NCBI GenBank assembly: GCA_047495785.1
Contig: JBLDXI010000009.1
Span: 1,612,001-1,676,000 of the forward strand
Source of the DNA: Lepidodermella squamata
Taxonomy: Eukaryota; Animalia; Gastrotricha
Direction of reading: 5' to 3'
DNA length: 64,000 nucleotides
In this document: piece by piece, positions 1-12,002 of the stretch
How positions within the stretch are numbered: the first letter of the stretch is position 1
How the letters are laid out: each line of letters starts with the position of its first letter
Position numbers and translations under genes: made by a program
Notes under the pieces: generated by a model
The model's database searches: none
Told to the model about the DNA's origin: nothing
What the model saw: the letters and a program-made list of their open reading frames with translations, nothing else

Positions 1-680
1 GCACGGACAGGTGCCGTAGCGGCAGTCGTCGAGGTGGGCCTGTAGTTCGCGGAACAGCCCGATCCACTGGCAGCCGCGCGCTTCGTTCGAGCATTTCACT
101 TTGAGTGATTCGATCTCGGACTGAAACGCTTTGTCGACGAAGACGCGATCGCGCTCGACCTTGACCTGGTCGATCGGACAACGCGGAGCCACACGCAGTA
201 GTTCGGGTAGACAACTTGAGCAAACCCGATGGCCGCACTCATCGAATTGAACCGGGTATCGCAGGACGTTGCTGCATACCGGGCAAAGGTAGCGACGATC
301 TAAACCGCCGATAAAATTCACGCCGGCTACATCGGCATTTCTGAAAAGTTTTAATAGGAACGTTAGAATCAGGAAAGCAACAATCGGTAAAGCCAGTAAT
401 TGGCTCAATGCTAGAGCTAAAACCAAGTTCATCTCTTTTGATAAAGTGCGGTTTGGATGTCCTCTTTTTGCATAATACAGAGGTCATGAAAAAGGTCTTT
501 CAGGTGCGCAATCCATTCACGTACAGTTTGGCACTTCGGTGTAATTTTTTATGAAAAGGCAGTAGAAAAAACAAACTTTGACTTGCTGGCTCCGCTGATT
601 GAAGAAACCTGTGAATGGCCTGACGTTCCTGAGTAAGGTCGCGAGGAAACGTAAGCTCCTCCTCCTCCACTCGCTCCCAT
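1..680 (-). CDS. TRAF-family RING/zinc-finger protein, 5' part (runs off window)
   Basis: Exon 340..1 translates ...LDRRYLCPVCSNVLRYPVQFDECGHRVCSSCLPELL...CPID...IESLKVKCSNEARGCQWIG...LQAHLDDCRY (TRAF-type RING plus first Zn finger). Acceptor ttttcag at 341. Putative first exon 680..577 (MGASGGGG..., phase-2 GTTTGT donor) is less certain. Confidence 0.8.
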
Positions 681-1655
681 ATCATAAGACGGCATTTTTA
701 TTGGTGCAGTGTTTTGTTAAATGTTGCGACAATATCGAGAATAATTTTTTTGTTAATTTGTGGAATCGTTTGACGATAAAATGATTACATTCTCGCTCCA
801 AGGTAATAACCTAAAGAAACAGGAATTTGTTCAATGTAACAAATCAAAACAGGTTTTCGTTAATGCCAAGCTAGAAAAACAGGTGGGGTGGGTAAAAAAA
901 TTTTCATGACTGCATGATGCAAAAATTATTCCGTGTGCCCTTCGAACCCAGGTGTGAGGCTTTGTCTTAGTACCGTTGTGGTGTGTTGCCTAGAATTAAA
1001 CAAAAGAAGCGTTTGCGCTCGGAGCAGCGCCGCTTCGATTTTGCGAGAAAAATTGTATGATGGACATCCCTTGCCTCCACCGCCGTTGTTCCCTCCTGCG
1101 TTTTTTCTCAGCTGCGACTGAATAAGTAATGCGGCGATGAACAAACGGCGCAAAAAAACTGCGACAGCGAAACAACGATTAAATTGATCTGAGCAGTCAA
1201 ACGAATGCAAACGCGCATATTTAATTACACGAGTTCGATTGACAGAAAGATTTCGTTTTTCGTCATTTCGTCTGCCCTTACGAATGTTTTATTCTCCTCA
1301 AAGTTCGATCCAGCCAAGCCAAACTATCAATCGGTTTCTGCTCGCATGATTTATTCAAGTATCTGAACAACCGCACGTCTGGGCGTATATAAATCAGCGA
1401 ATAGGCATTAAGGTGTATTTTCATAAATAATATCAAGGTAGAAAACAATTACAAGCGTGTCTGAATCACTTGGCACACTGACTTCAGTTAAAACGTAAAT
1501 CACTCACTATGAGCAACAATATTATGCATTTTTATCACAGATTTCAATTAACAATTTTAATGAGTTTGCGTATAAAATTTCAATATTATCACACTATCTA
1601 CCGTATAAAAAGGATCACACTGGAATGGCACTAGGTAATGTATCATCGTTAGAGT

Positions 1656-3391
1656 TCAGACGTCGACGTTCAGTCCAAGTAAGAACGAGTCAGTTACAAC
1701 AGCGAATCGGTTTCCGTGAGCCTTCGCGCCCGGATGACGCGTCGTGGCGTAAACGCCGCCAGGTAAATCACGGATCAAGGCCGAAACATTCAGGGACGAA
1801 CGATCGATACAGGCAGCTAAATTGTCGCTTGAGCCTGCAACCAATATGTACTGCTGGCCGAGCCAAGAAACGCAATAAGCCTGAAATTTAAAACAGTCCG
1901 ATTTTAGTATTTCGTTAGAAAAATTATACTTCCTTGTCCCCTTAATAGTTTTAGTGTTCTCTTGGGTTTTTCTTTAAGAATTTTAGAAGCACGCTTAGGA
2001 ATGTCGTTTTTACATCGGGAAGTGTAAAATAATCCTAAATGATCAATTCGAACAAGAAAAAGCTATTCCATATTCAGATTCGTATTTCGAATATTTGCTA
2101 ATTATCGAATATTGAATATTCCTACATGCGCACTATCTGGAACCACTTTTGAGCTGCTAAAGAGGCATATCAGTGTGAAAATAGCAAAATAAATTGAAAT
2201 AAAAATTCCTCCTTAAATTTTTTACCATACCGCATTATAAATCACTTAATTTTCAGTAAATTGAATTACCTGTGTCTTAGCTTTCACAGGCATTACGACT
2301 GTTTTGATGAGTTTTAGGCTGGAATAGTCCCAGATTTGAACGACTTCCTCAGAACGCCAGCTGCCAGTTATCAGATGATTATGATCCGGATCAAGATCCA
2401 ACGCATCTCCGCAGATATGCGGACCAAACAGCGAGCGAATGGCTTTCGACTCACGAGTGTCCCAGAATTGAACGGTATTATCCCAACCGCCCGTGTAGAA
2501 CACGTGAGGATCGATCGGGTGAAACTGGCACGCGAAAACCTTGGATCGATGACCGTCCATCACATTCAGTTCAACACTAGGTGCGAAAGTTGCCACCTTC
2601 TGCTTGGTAACCATATCGTAGAGATTGATCTCAGGCGTTCCGCCAACCGTGAGCAGCCTGCTGCCAGATATGAACGGATCGACGGCGATGTTCAACGTTT
2701 CGCGACCTTCAGCCAGCGTTGCCAAGGCGCGACCGCTCGAAGTGTGCCAGATTTTGACATGGCCTGACGTGTAGCCGGCTACGACGATGTTCGGCGCGGC
2801 TGGGCTCGATAGATATCGCACGCAGGTCGCACCCTGCGCCGGCAGGTTCGCCGTTTCATCCGCCAACGTATACAGATGATTGACATCAGGGCTTAAGACG
2901 TCATAAATTCGAATCGAGCCGTTCGTCAGACCAACCGCAATGTGGCTACCGTCGTGGTTGTACTGGCAACACAGGGCAATTGAGCCGCAGTTACTGTTAA
3001 AATAAGGCGTTAATTTTTTGAGATTAGTCGAAATCTGGCTGGGTTTAATCATGATAAATTACTTTGTGAAATTAAGCGAGATTGAACCGAAAGAGTCGTA
3101 GCCAGCAAATCCCTTGGCACTTGCGGCTTTTGCCTGTTGAGCGGAAATATCCATGCGAGACGGCCGCCGACCGGCGCTGAGCAGGGAATTGACTGAATTG
3201 TTAGATTTTCGAACTGATGCCGGTGAAAGCGTGTGCCCGGTGCCTTCAAAATGCTTATGCGACAGCGCTGTGACCAACTCATCGGCCTCGCCTTCTGACG
3301 GCGAGCTTGGAGGTGACAGGTGCTCTTCTTTGTCCTCAGCTGCATTGTAAAAATCAAACTGCCCTGCTTGAGCTGGTTTCTGATGGTCCAT
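1656..3391 (-). CDS. WD40-repeat protein (3 exons)
   Basis: ORFs 3391..~3062 (MDHQKP...), ~2993..2270 (GH...WD repeats such as GHRSKVFACQFHP...TGGWDNTVQFWD) and 1880..1656 join through GT-AG introns. Confidence 0.85.
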
Positions 3392-3875
3392 TCTCTTACG
3401 GATATAAAAAACGGCGCCTATCACGAGAAAAAATTGCAACCTAGATTCCCCCGTCACGTAGTATACTTTTTTGCTTTCAAGCATTCACCGACTCATTTTT
3501 CATGAATGTGTATAGAGATACCGTCATTAAACCACAAAAACTGAATAGGCAGCAGTAACTCAACCACAGGATATCTGGAATATTACACTTTGAGCTGTCG
3601 TCATCACATCACGTGCGTGTAGCGCGCACGGTGCACAAAAATATGTTTACCACGGGTTGCACAGCAGTGACTCAATATATGCTCATCCATCACATGAAGA
3701 GATAAAGCAAGAAAATTTATGTCTCATCTAAATAATAGCTTTCACGGGCAAAAGAATATAATCCTTGCAAAAAATTCTATTCAGCCTTCAAAAAAGAAGT
3801 ACTCAGTACCTTGAATACACGGAATATCTTACTATAATTCAGCGGCAGACTTCAACAAAGCATCGTTTTTTTTCT

Positions 3876-5496
3876 TCAAGGAGCTGGCTTCGGCGCCGGC
3901 TTAACGAAGGGAATGAATTCGCGATACTTCGGCGGCATGAACGGCCGCAGAGCCTCAGGGACGTTGATGCCAGTTTCGGTCTGGTGCGACTCCAAAACGG
4001 CGCAGATGACTCGAGTGGCGGCGCACATGGTCGCGTTCAGCATGTGCACGAAATCGCCGGTCACAGCCGGGTCCGTGGTCGCCTTGCCGCCGGCAGTCGC
4101 CGTCGCGTCCGGCGCGTTCTGGCCGAAGCGGACGCGCAGAGAACGCGCCTGGTAGTCGGTGCAGTTCGAGCACGACGCCAACTCGCGGAAGGTGCCCGAG
4201 CCGGGGAACCACGCCTCAATGTCGTACTTCATCGCGGCGGCGTTGTTCAGCTCACCCGAGACAATGCTGATGACCCGGTAGCTGAGGCCGAGCTTCTGGT
4301 ACATGGTCTCAGCGTTGTTGACCATGAGGTCTAGCATCGGCCAAGACTCGGTCGGCGCAGTGATCGCGAACTGCTCGACCTTTTCGAACTGGTGCACGCG
4401 GAAGATGCCACGGGTGTCGCGACCATGCGATCCCGCTTCGAGGCGGAAACACGCAGACAGACCAGCGTACTTGTACGGCAGCGTTTCAGCCGCCAGCCAC
4501 TCGTCGCGGTGGAGAGCGGCGATCGGCTGCTCCGAGGTGGCGATCAAATACCGCTCCTCGGCGCAGTCATCGCCATTCGCGGCTCCGGTAGTCGAAGCCG
4601 CGCGGCCTCCGGAAACGTGGTACAACTCCTCGTCGAACTGGCTCAGTTGAGCGACCTCAGACATGATTTCTTTCCGCATAAAAAATGGAGTGTACAGAGG
4701 TGTGAAATCCTTTTCGGCCAACAAATGCAGGGCCATGTCGAGGAGAGCCTGCTGCATGAAGACTAGCGGACCTATCAACAACAAAAATCGATGAATCACT
4801 CATTTAACTAAAAAACTGGGACAAACCTTTGAGGTAAAAACCGCGAGAACCAGCAACATTAGCACCTCGTTTGCCATCGTAACCGTCGACCATTTCAACC
4901 AAATCAATGTGGCTGTAAGCCGCACGCTTCGTAATATCTCCATGAGTACGTTCAATACGGTTGTTGTCTTCGTTGTCCGAAATCGGGACGTTCGGGTGCA
5001 ACAAATTGCCGATTTCGACCAGAATCGAATCGCGCGTTTTTTCCGCCTCGTTCGCCTTCACTCGAGCCTTTTCAGTGTCCTGGTCGATGAGGGTGCTGAG
5101 CGCTTTTAATTGAGCGACGGTCAGCTCGGCCAGCTTTTCAGGGGCGAAAAGTGGGGGAGGGGTGCCACCAGTGTGTTTTTCGGCCAGAAAGTTCAAGTTC
5201 TCCATAGCCGTCGAGAGGACTCCGTTGACAACGTCGTGGTCAGCCGCGTCGGCGGTTTGTTGGATGGCTTGACCAGCGGCGCGATCTTTCTTCATTCGCT
5301 CGCCAATAGCTTTCGAAACGGCATTTTTCGCGCGGTTCAGCTGGTCGCCTTGAAACTTGAGTTTGCGCCACAGGCGGTCCTGTTCGATGACTCGGTCAAC
5401 GGCGGTTCCGTCACGGTAACGCTTCTTCTCAGACTCGCGGACAATCTCGGGGTTTCCACCCTTCTCCTCGCGGAACAAGTCGATGCTCAACACCAT
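3876..5496 (-). CDS. SARS1: Cytoplasmic seryl-tRNA synthetase
   Basis: [10 protein letters not shown]-terminus, [14 protein letters not shown], motif 2 FRxE...[37 protein letters not shown]; one ~56-nt intron at ~4771-4826. Confidence 0.97.
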
Positions 5497-5826
5497 TTCA
5501 CTCGCTTAAAATTTGTAATAAGAATAATCTAAAATATTACAAAATATTTTAAATGCACACTTTTTAGATCTTTTTTAAACACAAATAAAAAAACACGATT
5601 TTCTATAACGGCCTTTGTCGACTGAGACAACAAATAAGTAGTAGATCGTTGATCAGAAAGTTTCATGAGAGGACACCGAAAACAAAAACTAACAAATTGT
5701 AAGAGAAAATAAGTAAGCACGACGCGGGAGCTTTATCTGAAGACCAAAGCGATTTTCTTGACTGTAGCAAGGTATTGCTTAGTTATCCGTTTTGAATAAT
5801 ACTGAACGCATGCATAGGAAGTTTGA

Positions 5827-7000
5827 TCAATTAGGCCCTGCGCTGACTACGCAAGCGGGCGTCGACTCTGGCAACTTGTTGAACAAGATCTTGTGTATTG
5901 TTATCGAGATCGTCATCGGACGCTGTTCCGCCTCCTGCCCCGGTCGAGGAAGAAGGTACAGGCACTGTATTCGTTCCCCCTTAAAGAAAAAATTATTAAT
6001 TGAAAATAACATTAACCCAACCAAGAAAATACCTGATAGTCTCCAAAATCTGTGGTGGTGAAAAGAACATCATTTTAAAAGTGTCATTGCAAAGCTTTAA
6101 TAAGAAATACCTGTTCAACGTCTCAGGGTCCAGAGGTCTGCGTTGACCACCGGGCTCGTACAACAAAATATGAAGAACTTCCTTGTAGATGCTTGCTTCA
6201 GGGAAGTCAATTTTGGTATTTTTCTTATCTTGGCCATAAACAATGAAAGAGCAACATATTTCGGCACGTTTACTGCCATCGCCATAGAACAGCCAGCAGC
6301 AAATTTCATTGGCACATGCGGGGTCTTTGACAAACTGAATCCGGTGATGAAAATTGAGCGCTAATCGGTCGAATAATTCAATATTTCGCAGGAAGTTGTC
6401 GTCTGAATTCGGGGTATACGAGTATTTGTTATTATGTCTGTTACACAGAAGCTTTATCACGGGCTAAACATGACAAAAAACTGAATGAAGAGTCACCCAA
6501 ATATTGAAAGACTCGGTTACCTTTTTCGTGCTTTGTAATATAAGTTCTGATTCACTTGCGCTGGTCACTAAAGGAATATAGCAAATGATTCCAGCCGGAG
6601 TTGCGGGGTCAAGTGCTTGCTCAAGTTGTTCGACTAGCTCTTGGATGCAATAATACCGTGCCTCAGTCAGCAATTCTCGAAGCTCAGTCTTGTCCTCAGG
6701 CAACGGCACGGAGCCGTCACGCAAAAAGTTCAATACTGAGCCGAAATGCTTCCCACTCCGGTCGATTACTACATACCCATCTCCATCCGTTTCAACATCG
6801 ATCATTCCGCTGAACATGCCTTTGAACATGGTATCTTGTTTGGTCAACGTATCGATCGTCGTCATAAATAAGCGACCGCCGACGTTTAGTTTTACGTATT
6901 TCGAGCCCCGAAAAGTGGCAGCACTTGTTGACGACATTCTCGTTGCCAGCGGATTGACGGTACTGATTTGAACATGCTTTGATAATTCCGAATCAGACAT
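5827..7000 (-). CDS. KCTD10: BTB/POZ Cul3 adaptor, KCTD10/KCTD13/TNFAIP1 (BACURD) family
   Basis: [10 protein letters not shown]...[15 protein letters not shown] domain; C-terminal [23 protein letters not shown] and [11 protein letters not shown] signature of the BACURD family; short introns. Confidence 0.9.
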
Positions 7001-7136
7001 AACAATAAAGATCCTAAATGAAATTCAAAATCACGCCATTAGAAAACTAGTCATTTTACCGAATTCCCATTGTGAATTAAGAAAATGTCATTTCAGTGGG
7101 CTAAAAAGAGTAATGAGAAACGAAATATAAAATTCT

Positions 7137-8251
7137 CTAATCACGAAGATTGATAAAATCTGGCCGGGTTTTTTTACTCGAATGACGTTCAGCAGCGTGC
7201 CGTGTTCGCATATGAAAGTTTGCCAGAGCTGGCGAACTCAAGCGCTGATCGCACAAACAGCACCGACATACACCAGCAAAATGAGGAAAAATAGAACCTT
7301 TCAGCAATATCTTCCGTTCAGTCGCGACTCCGTCGATATTCTCACTAAGAGATCTTCTCACTTTACCACGTAATTCAGACAATGAAAATAGCCGCTTTAG
7401 AGAATGATGTTTTTTGTTGTGGGCGACATACAGTCGAAAACTGGATGTGTATAAATTGCAACTCTTGCAGGCGAAAGACTGAAAAATCACGTCGGCATCA
7501 GAGCGTTTGGTTTGCTTAGTTGTGAATTCATCGATTTTACCATCCTTCCCCGTATCATTACTTCGAAGAAAACGCTCGATTTGTGAGAACACATTTTGTT
7601 CTGCATCCGCTGGTGAAGACGTATTGGGAATGTTGAATGAAGCACATTCGTCCATGGAAAAATCTTGCAAATCAACGTCCTCACGGTTATTGGCACAAGG
7701 CAGGCTGAGATGGCGACATATTAGGTCACTGATGTCTGCTAACGTCCATTCCTCTGCATTTGTTAAGCGCCGATGAGCCGCGTTGAAATGATTCACAATT
7801 TCGTCCTTCGATACAAGCCAAGAATCACAAAGCGTACACCTAATGCCAACATTGGCAGCAGGTAAATTGAGAAGGGAGAAATTTGTATCAGAAGAAATAT
7901 AACATTTGTGATTAGATATCAACCGTTGGCTGCTAAACACTTTTGTGCAGAAGCCACAGACAATGCTAGCAAAAGCTTTCTTCTCTGCCGACTCAGGTTT
8001 TTCGACTAAGCCATGCTCGCGCAAGCAATGCTCACGAATCTCATACTTCCTCAGTACTTTGGCACAATGCTCACATTTGTGCAATTTTCGAACCTTGCCA
8101 GACGCTAAAACATAATCAGCAGATAGATGAACAAGAAATTTTACAAATAACTTCACAAACCTGTAGTCAACTTGGAATCAATAGGCTGATTATCATGAAT
8201 TTCGCGGATTGATGCAGCTTCGTCACGTTCAGTATATTGCAGGTCCTCCAT
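7137..8251 (-). CDS. Multi-C2H2 zinc-finger protein
   Basis: Exon 1 MEDLQY... 8251..8161, intron to ~8106, then an ORF with about 5 dispersed C-x2-C...H-x3-4-H motifs. Confidence 0.75.
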
Positions 8252-8428
8252 CACAATTTTAAAATGGAGCTATATCAAATAAAAGGAGCGTCAGCAAACA
8301 TCAGCCTTTTTCATATTCTATCGATAATTCAGCGAGGTATCAAAATCGTAGATCATATAAGTAATTACTTTCTCAAACAAGAAAACGACTTCTACATTGT
8401 AAAATAAGCTTACATTGAAAACAGCTAA

Positions 8429-8788
8429 TTAAACACAAAACCGTTTATGACGACGAGCCACCGCAATACAGGAAAATGATTTTTTGCATTTAACACATGT
8501 AGAACGCGTTTGCAGAACGATGCGACGATATCGCATAGACAAAGTGGATTGAACAGGAGGGCAATTGTAATGATACTTGATCAAATGATCACTGAATGTC
8601 TGCCGATTATCAAATTCCTCCCGGCATGTAGCACAGGAATAACTCTGCTTCGGGAGGCCTGCATCGCGTCCGACTGACTCTTCTTGAGTTAAGTTGGAAG
8701 GAAAAGGGCGATCGCTCTCAATCGCACTCAAGTTTTCCGACTCGTTTTCACCAGAGCTGTTGCAGTTATCGCCAGGGGAATCCCTCAT
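8429..8788 (-). CDS. Small C2H2 zinc-finger protein (119 aa)
   Basis: YSCATCREEF...SDHLIKYH and CVKCKKSF...RRHKRFC motifs; acceptor-like AG about 10 nt upstream of the ATG. Confidence 0.65.
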   Translation of the reverse strand: MRDSPGDNCNSSGENESENLSAIESDRPFPSNLTQEESVGRDAGLPKQSYSCATCREEFDNRQTFSDHLIKYHYNCPPVQSTLSMRYRRIVLQTRSTCVKCKKSFSCIAVARRHKRFCV

Positions 8789-10674
8789 AGCAGAGCTCTA
8801 CCTGTTGCCTTCAAATGAAGCAAACGAAAGTTGGATAGACCGGCAAAAAGAAGCAAGAGTCAAACCCCGAAACTCAAAAAAAACTCGCAAACATTGCAAA
8901 TGATGACGGTATTATTTCATTTTGCGAGAGTATTTCAGTAATCAAAAAATTACTATGTCATTTCACTAGAAAATGCTTAAAATATATATTAAAATAAGTT
9001 GTGTTAAACATACGAGAAAAACATAGAAGCGAAATGGCGCGCAAAATTCAAAATCCCAGCAACCCAAAAAGAGCCGCCGGGATCACGTAGGAGAATGTAG
9101 GGGTTCGGCTCAAAATTTAGAATTGCATCGATTGCCGTATGTCGCTGACGCGCCTATACTCATTCAAGTCGACATTCTGAGTGTTGATAATGCTGATCTT
9201 CGTTCTGTTTCTCAAATTGGCTGAATAAGACACGCCGTGTGAATAGAAAGGTCTTTACTCAAGCCAGAAAGGATTTGACAATGTGGACTGTTCAAGCACA
9301 TTTGACCGTTAACAAGTGAAAAGTGGGGTTTGGCGAATTTTTCCTGCTATATCCAGCAAATCGAAAAAGTGCGTTGACTAGAAGAAGAATGATTCTTGGA
9401 TTCTAAGAAGCTCCGAATGAGTTTTTCGAGGATTTGAAATTGTCAAATTTCCAACCTCTAGGAGTCTCCATCCTCGTTTAAATACGGAAAAATCTTATCA
9501 ACTATCGTTGACGTCAAGTACCTTATCTAGCGAGATTCCTCCCCTCAGATTACCACTGAAGAATTTCGACTGGGGATAATAAAATTTCGGGCCATTTTCG
9601 AGATTCAAAACGCCAGGATCATTTTTTGGTCAAGTCAAGAACTAACCGCAGTTCGTCAAGTCCGGAATTATATTGTAATTGCGAGCCGGATTATTAATAT
9701 CAATTAAGCTATCAATAGTAACCAAACAGGTCACGGTAATAGACCGTTTAACTGATGGAATAAAAACTTAAATTGTTAGGTGCTTGTTTCGAAATATTTC
9801 ACTGCTAAACTTTGAAGCCCATTTTCTATTTTCTCCCAAATCCTGAAATATATCAACTTGTTTTTGATACCGTTGGTATCGTTTGACATATCGTAAACCA
9901 AATAGAAATAAAGTTTTCCTGGCAGAAAATAAAGCGTTTTGTCATGCGGTGGCCCAAATGTTGATTTCTCATGATACGTCTGGTCCCACCGTAAAATATT
10001 ACAATTTCACGGTGAATCTGCGTGATAAACTTACTAGCTGCTTAGAATGATTTTACTTTTGGAAAAAGCACAAATTTAGCGGGACAATCATGGTCTATTT
10101 TTCGCAAAAGACATGCTAATTTGGACAAGGGACTGGGCTTTTTTTGCTAAGTTATGACCTATCACCGTTCTCGAGGTATTTATATTTTTTCTGGCCATGG
10201 GATGTGACCTTATATCTCTCGTTATAAATTTTGTATCCCTTTTCCATGTTTTCTTTGTTTGCGCTACTTTTATGGGACACACTGTACATACATTTTATTT
10301 TTACACCTTCCTTCAAAAGGTAAAAGGAGGTTTGACTTGGCACAAGAATGCACGTTATATCCTCATACAGTAAAATTGTCAGTTAGGTTTATTACACTTT
10401 GATCAATTTGTATTACAAGTTGATAAAAGATAAATCATGCAACAATTATGTTGTTGTTTTTTGTCGATTTTTTTCTGCCTGCTCTTCGAGAGAATAAAAT
10501 ACACGTTCCCGAGTCAAATAATCGAATAGGTATTTTGCGCGGGTTTTGCCTACACTTCATTTTATAAAACTAGCGTTAACAGTTGACATAATGCAGCAAA
10601 AAGCGGGCATCGACATTTTATTAGCTTCCTCGGCTCATCGCAAATAATTTCTTTAGTGGCTTGTAAGAGAGTTT

Positions 10675-11446
10675 TCAATTCCATGAAGGAACGGTGGCTG
10701 TTGGTTGATATTGAGGCAACTGGGCTTTCAGATGAGAATTGGAGTAAATTCCAGATTCGTCTTTCCAGGTATTTCTTCCATATCTACGATGATTATCCCA
10801 GTCAGTAAATTGAGAGTGGCAGCGTTTCCATGCTGTAGAAAAGTCACTATGAACGCACGTCCCAGACTTGGTTTGCGGTGGAATCATTGGTAACCGCCAT
10901 TTATAATCCGCTTGTTGAGTCGTTTCCAAATGCATTTTGTTACGTAGAAGATCAGGCTTCGGTAGCACACCAGAGTTTTCATTTATTATCGCTTTGACTC
11001 CCAGGGCTTCCAAAGATCTTTGGAGGGAAAGGTTTTCGTTTGTCAGATTCTTCATTCCTAGCATCGGCTCAGCAAGTGTCCTCTCTGTGTAATCTCTCTT
11101 CGCATTGAGAGCACCGTTAGTCATTTCATCGTAAGTTGTGGGTGGAAAGCTCTGAATTTTTTAACAACATAATAATAAGAAAAACTGTTGGTTAGTTAAT
11201 GTATGCAACTAACCCCGTCAGTTACGGTTGCCATTCTGTTGTAAGTTGATTTCGTCAGATTGCGATGGTCACCCTTGCTAATGTCGTAATCCTTTGGCTC
11301 CTGCTCTCTAGCCAAGTGCCTAAACAATATTTACATAACACATGCAACTAACATCTCTATTTATATGGTTACCATGTTCCCGTTTTCACTGCACGACTAT
11401 AGTTGGCCACGTCTGCTCTTAAGGAAAGTGCACCGGTTCGTTCCAT
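10675..11446 (-). CDS. CFAP95: Cilia- and flagella-associated protein 95 (C9orf135)
   Basis: Spliced product MERTGALSLR...YSRAVKTGTW/HLAREQEPKDYDI... and C-terminal SQFTD...YGRNTWKDESGIY match recalled CFAP95 motifs; the start may lie further upstream. Confidence 0.8.
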
Positions 11447-11798
11447 TCCTATACAGCGTAGCGTAAAATCTAAGGGAGTCAAATTGAAAAATACACAAAT
11501 AGAATTAAAACGCATATATTCCATTAGACAATCATCATTTTGATGAACAGCATAGTTTATCAATAGCATCATTTATCCCTCTGATACGTTTTGCGAACAA
11601 TAGACTTGCACGTTCGTTCAGACAAAACAGACTGTTTGTAGGTGGTTATTATGAAATTTAGGCAACTTGAATTTGGGCTTAGCATAGGCGTGATATGGCT
11701 TAATTAAGTGATGGTATGCGACATGATGGATCTAATGCTTAGCAGTGCACTGGGTGCTTGGCGGTCTAAAACGACTTCAGCTTAGAATCCAAATAAAT

Positions 11799-11812
11799 GT
11801 CGCCATGGAGAC
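11799..11812. promoter_or_regulatory. RFX X-box in the divergent CFAP95/CCDC178 promoter
   Basis: GTCGCCATGGAGAC fits the palindromic X-box consensus (GTNRCC-AT-RGNAAC-like); a second half-match GTTGCCATGAAAT lies at 11905; both flanking genes are ciliary. Confidence 0.6.
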
Positions 11813-12002
11813 ATACATATATAATTGCAAATCATTGATAAAATTAATTTATATCGTAAATCCTACTAAAATAATATTTAGTGTGAAGTTGTAATTTTGT
11901 AAACGTTGCCATGAAATGCATGCATACCTTACGGGTAACGTACCGAAGTCACGTCGTTGGTTCTTTCGGTTATATTCTTTGCCATCATCCTTTGCCTTAG
12001 AG

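Noticed and set aside
3765-5532. Long antisense ORFs over SARS1 (and similar ones over SFI1, KIF12 and the MMP)
   Set aside because: Shadow ORFs produced by GC3-rich codon usage on the coding strand.
9780-10400. Possible gene in the ORFs at 10088-10343
   Set aside because: AT-rich sequence resembling decayed DNA-transposon internal sequence; no protein signature and no definable TIRs.
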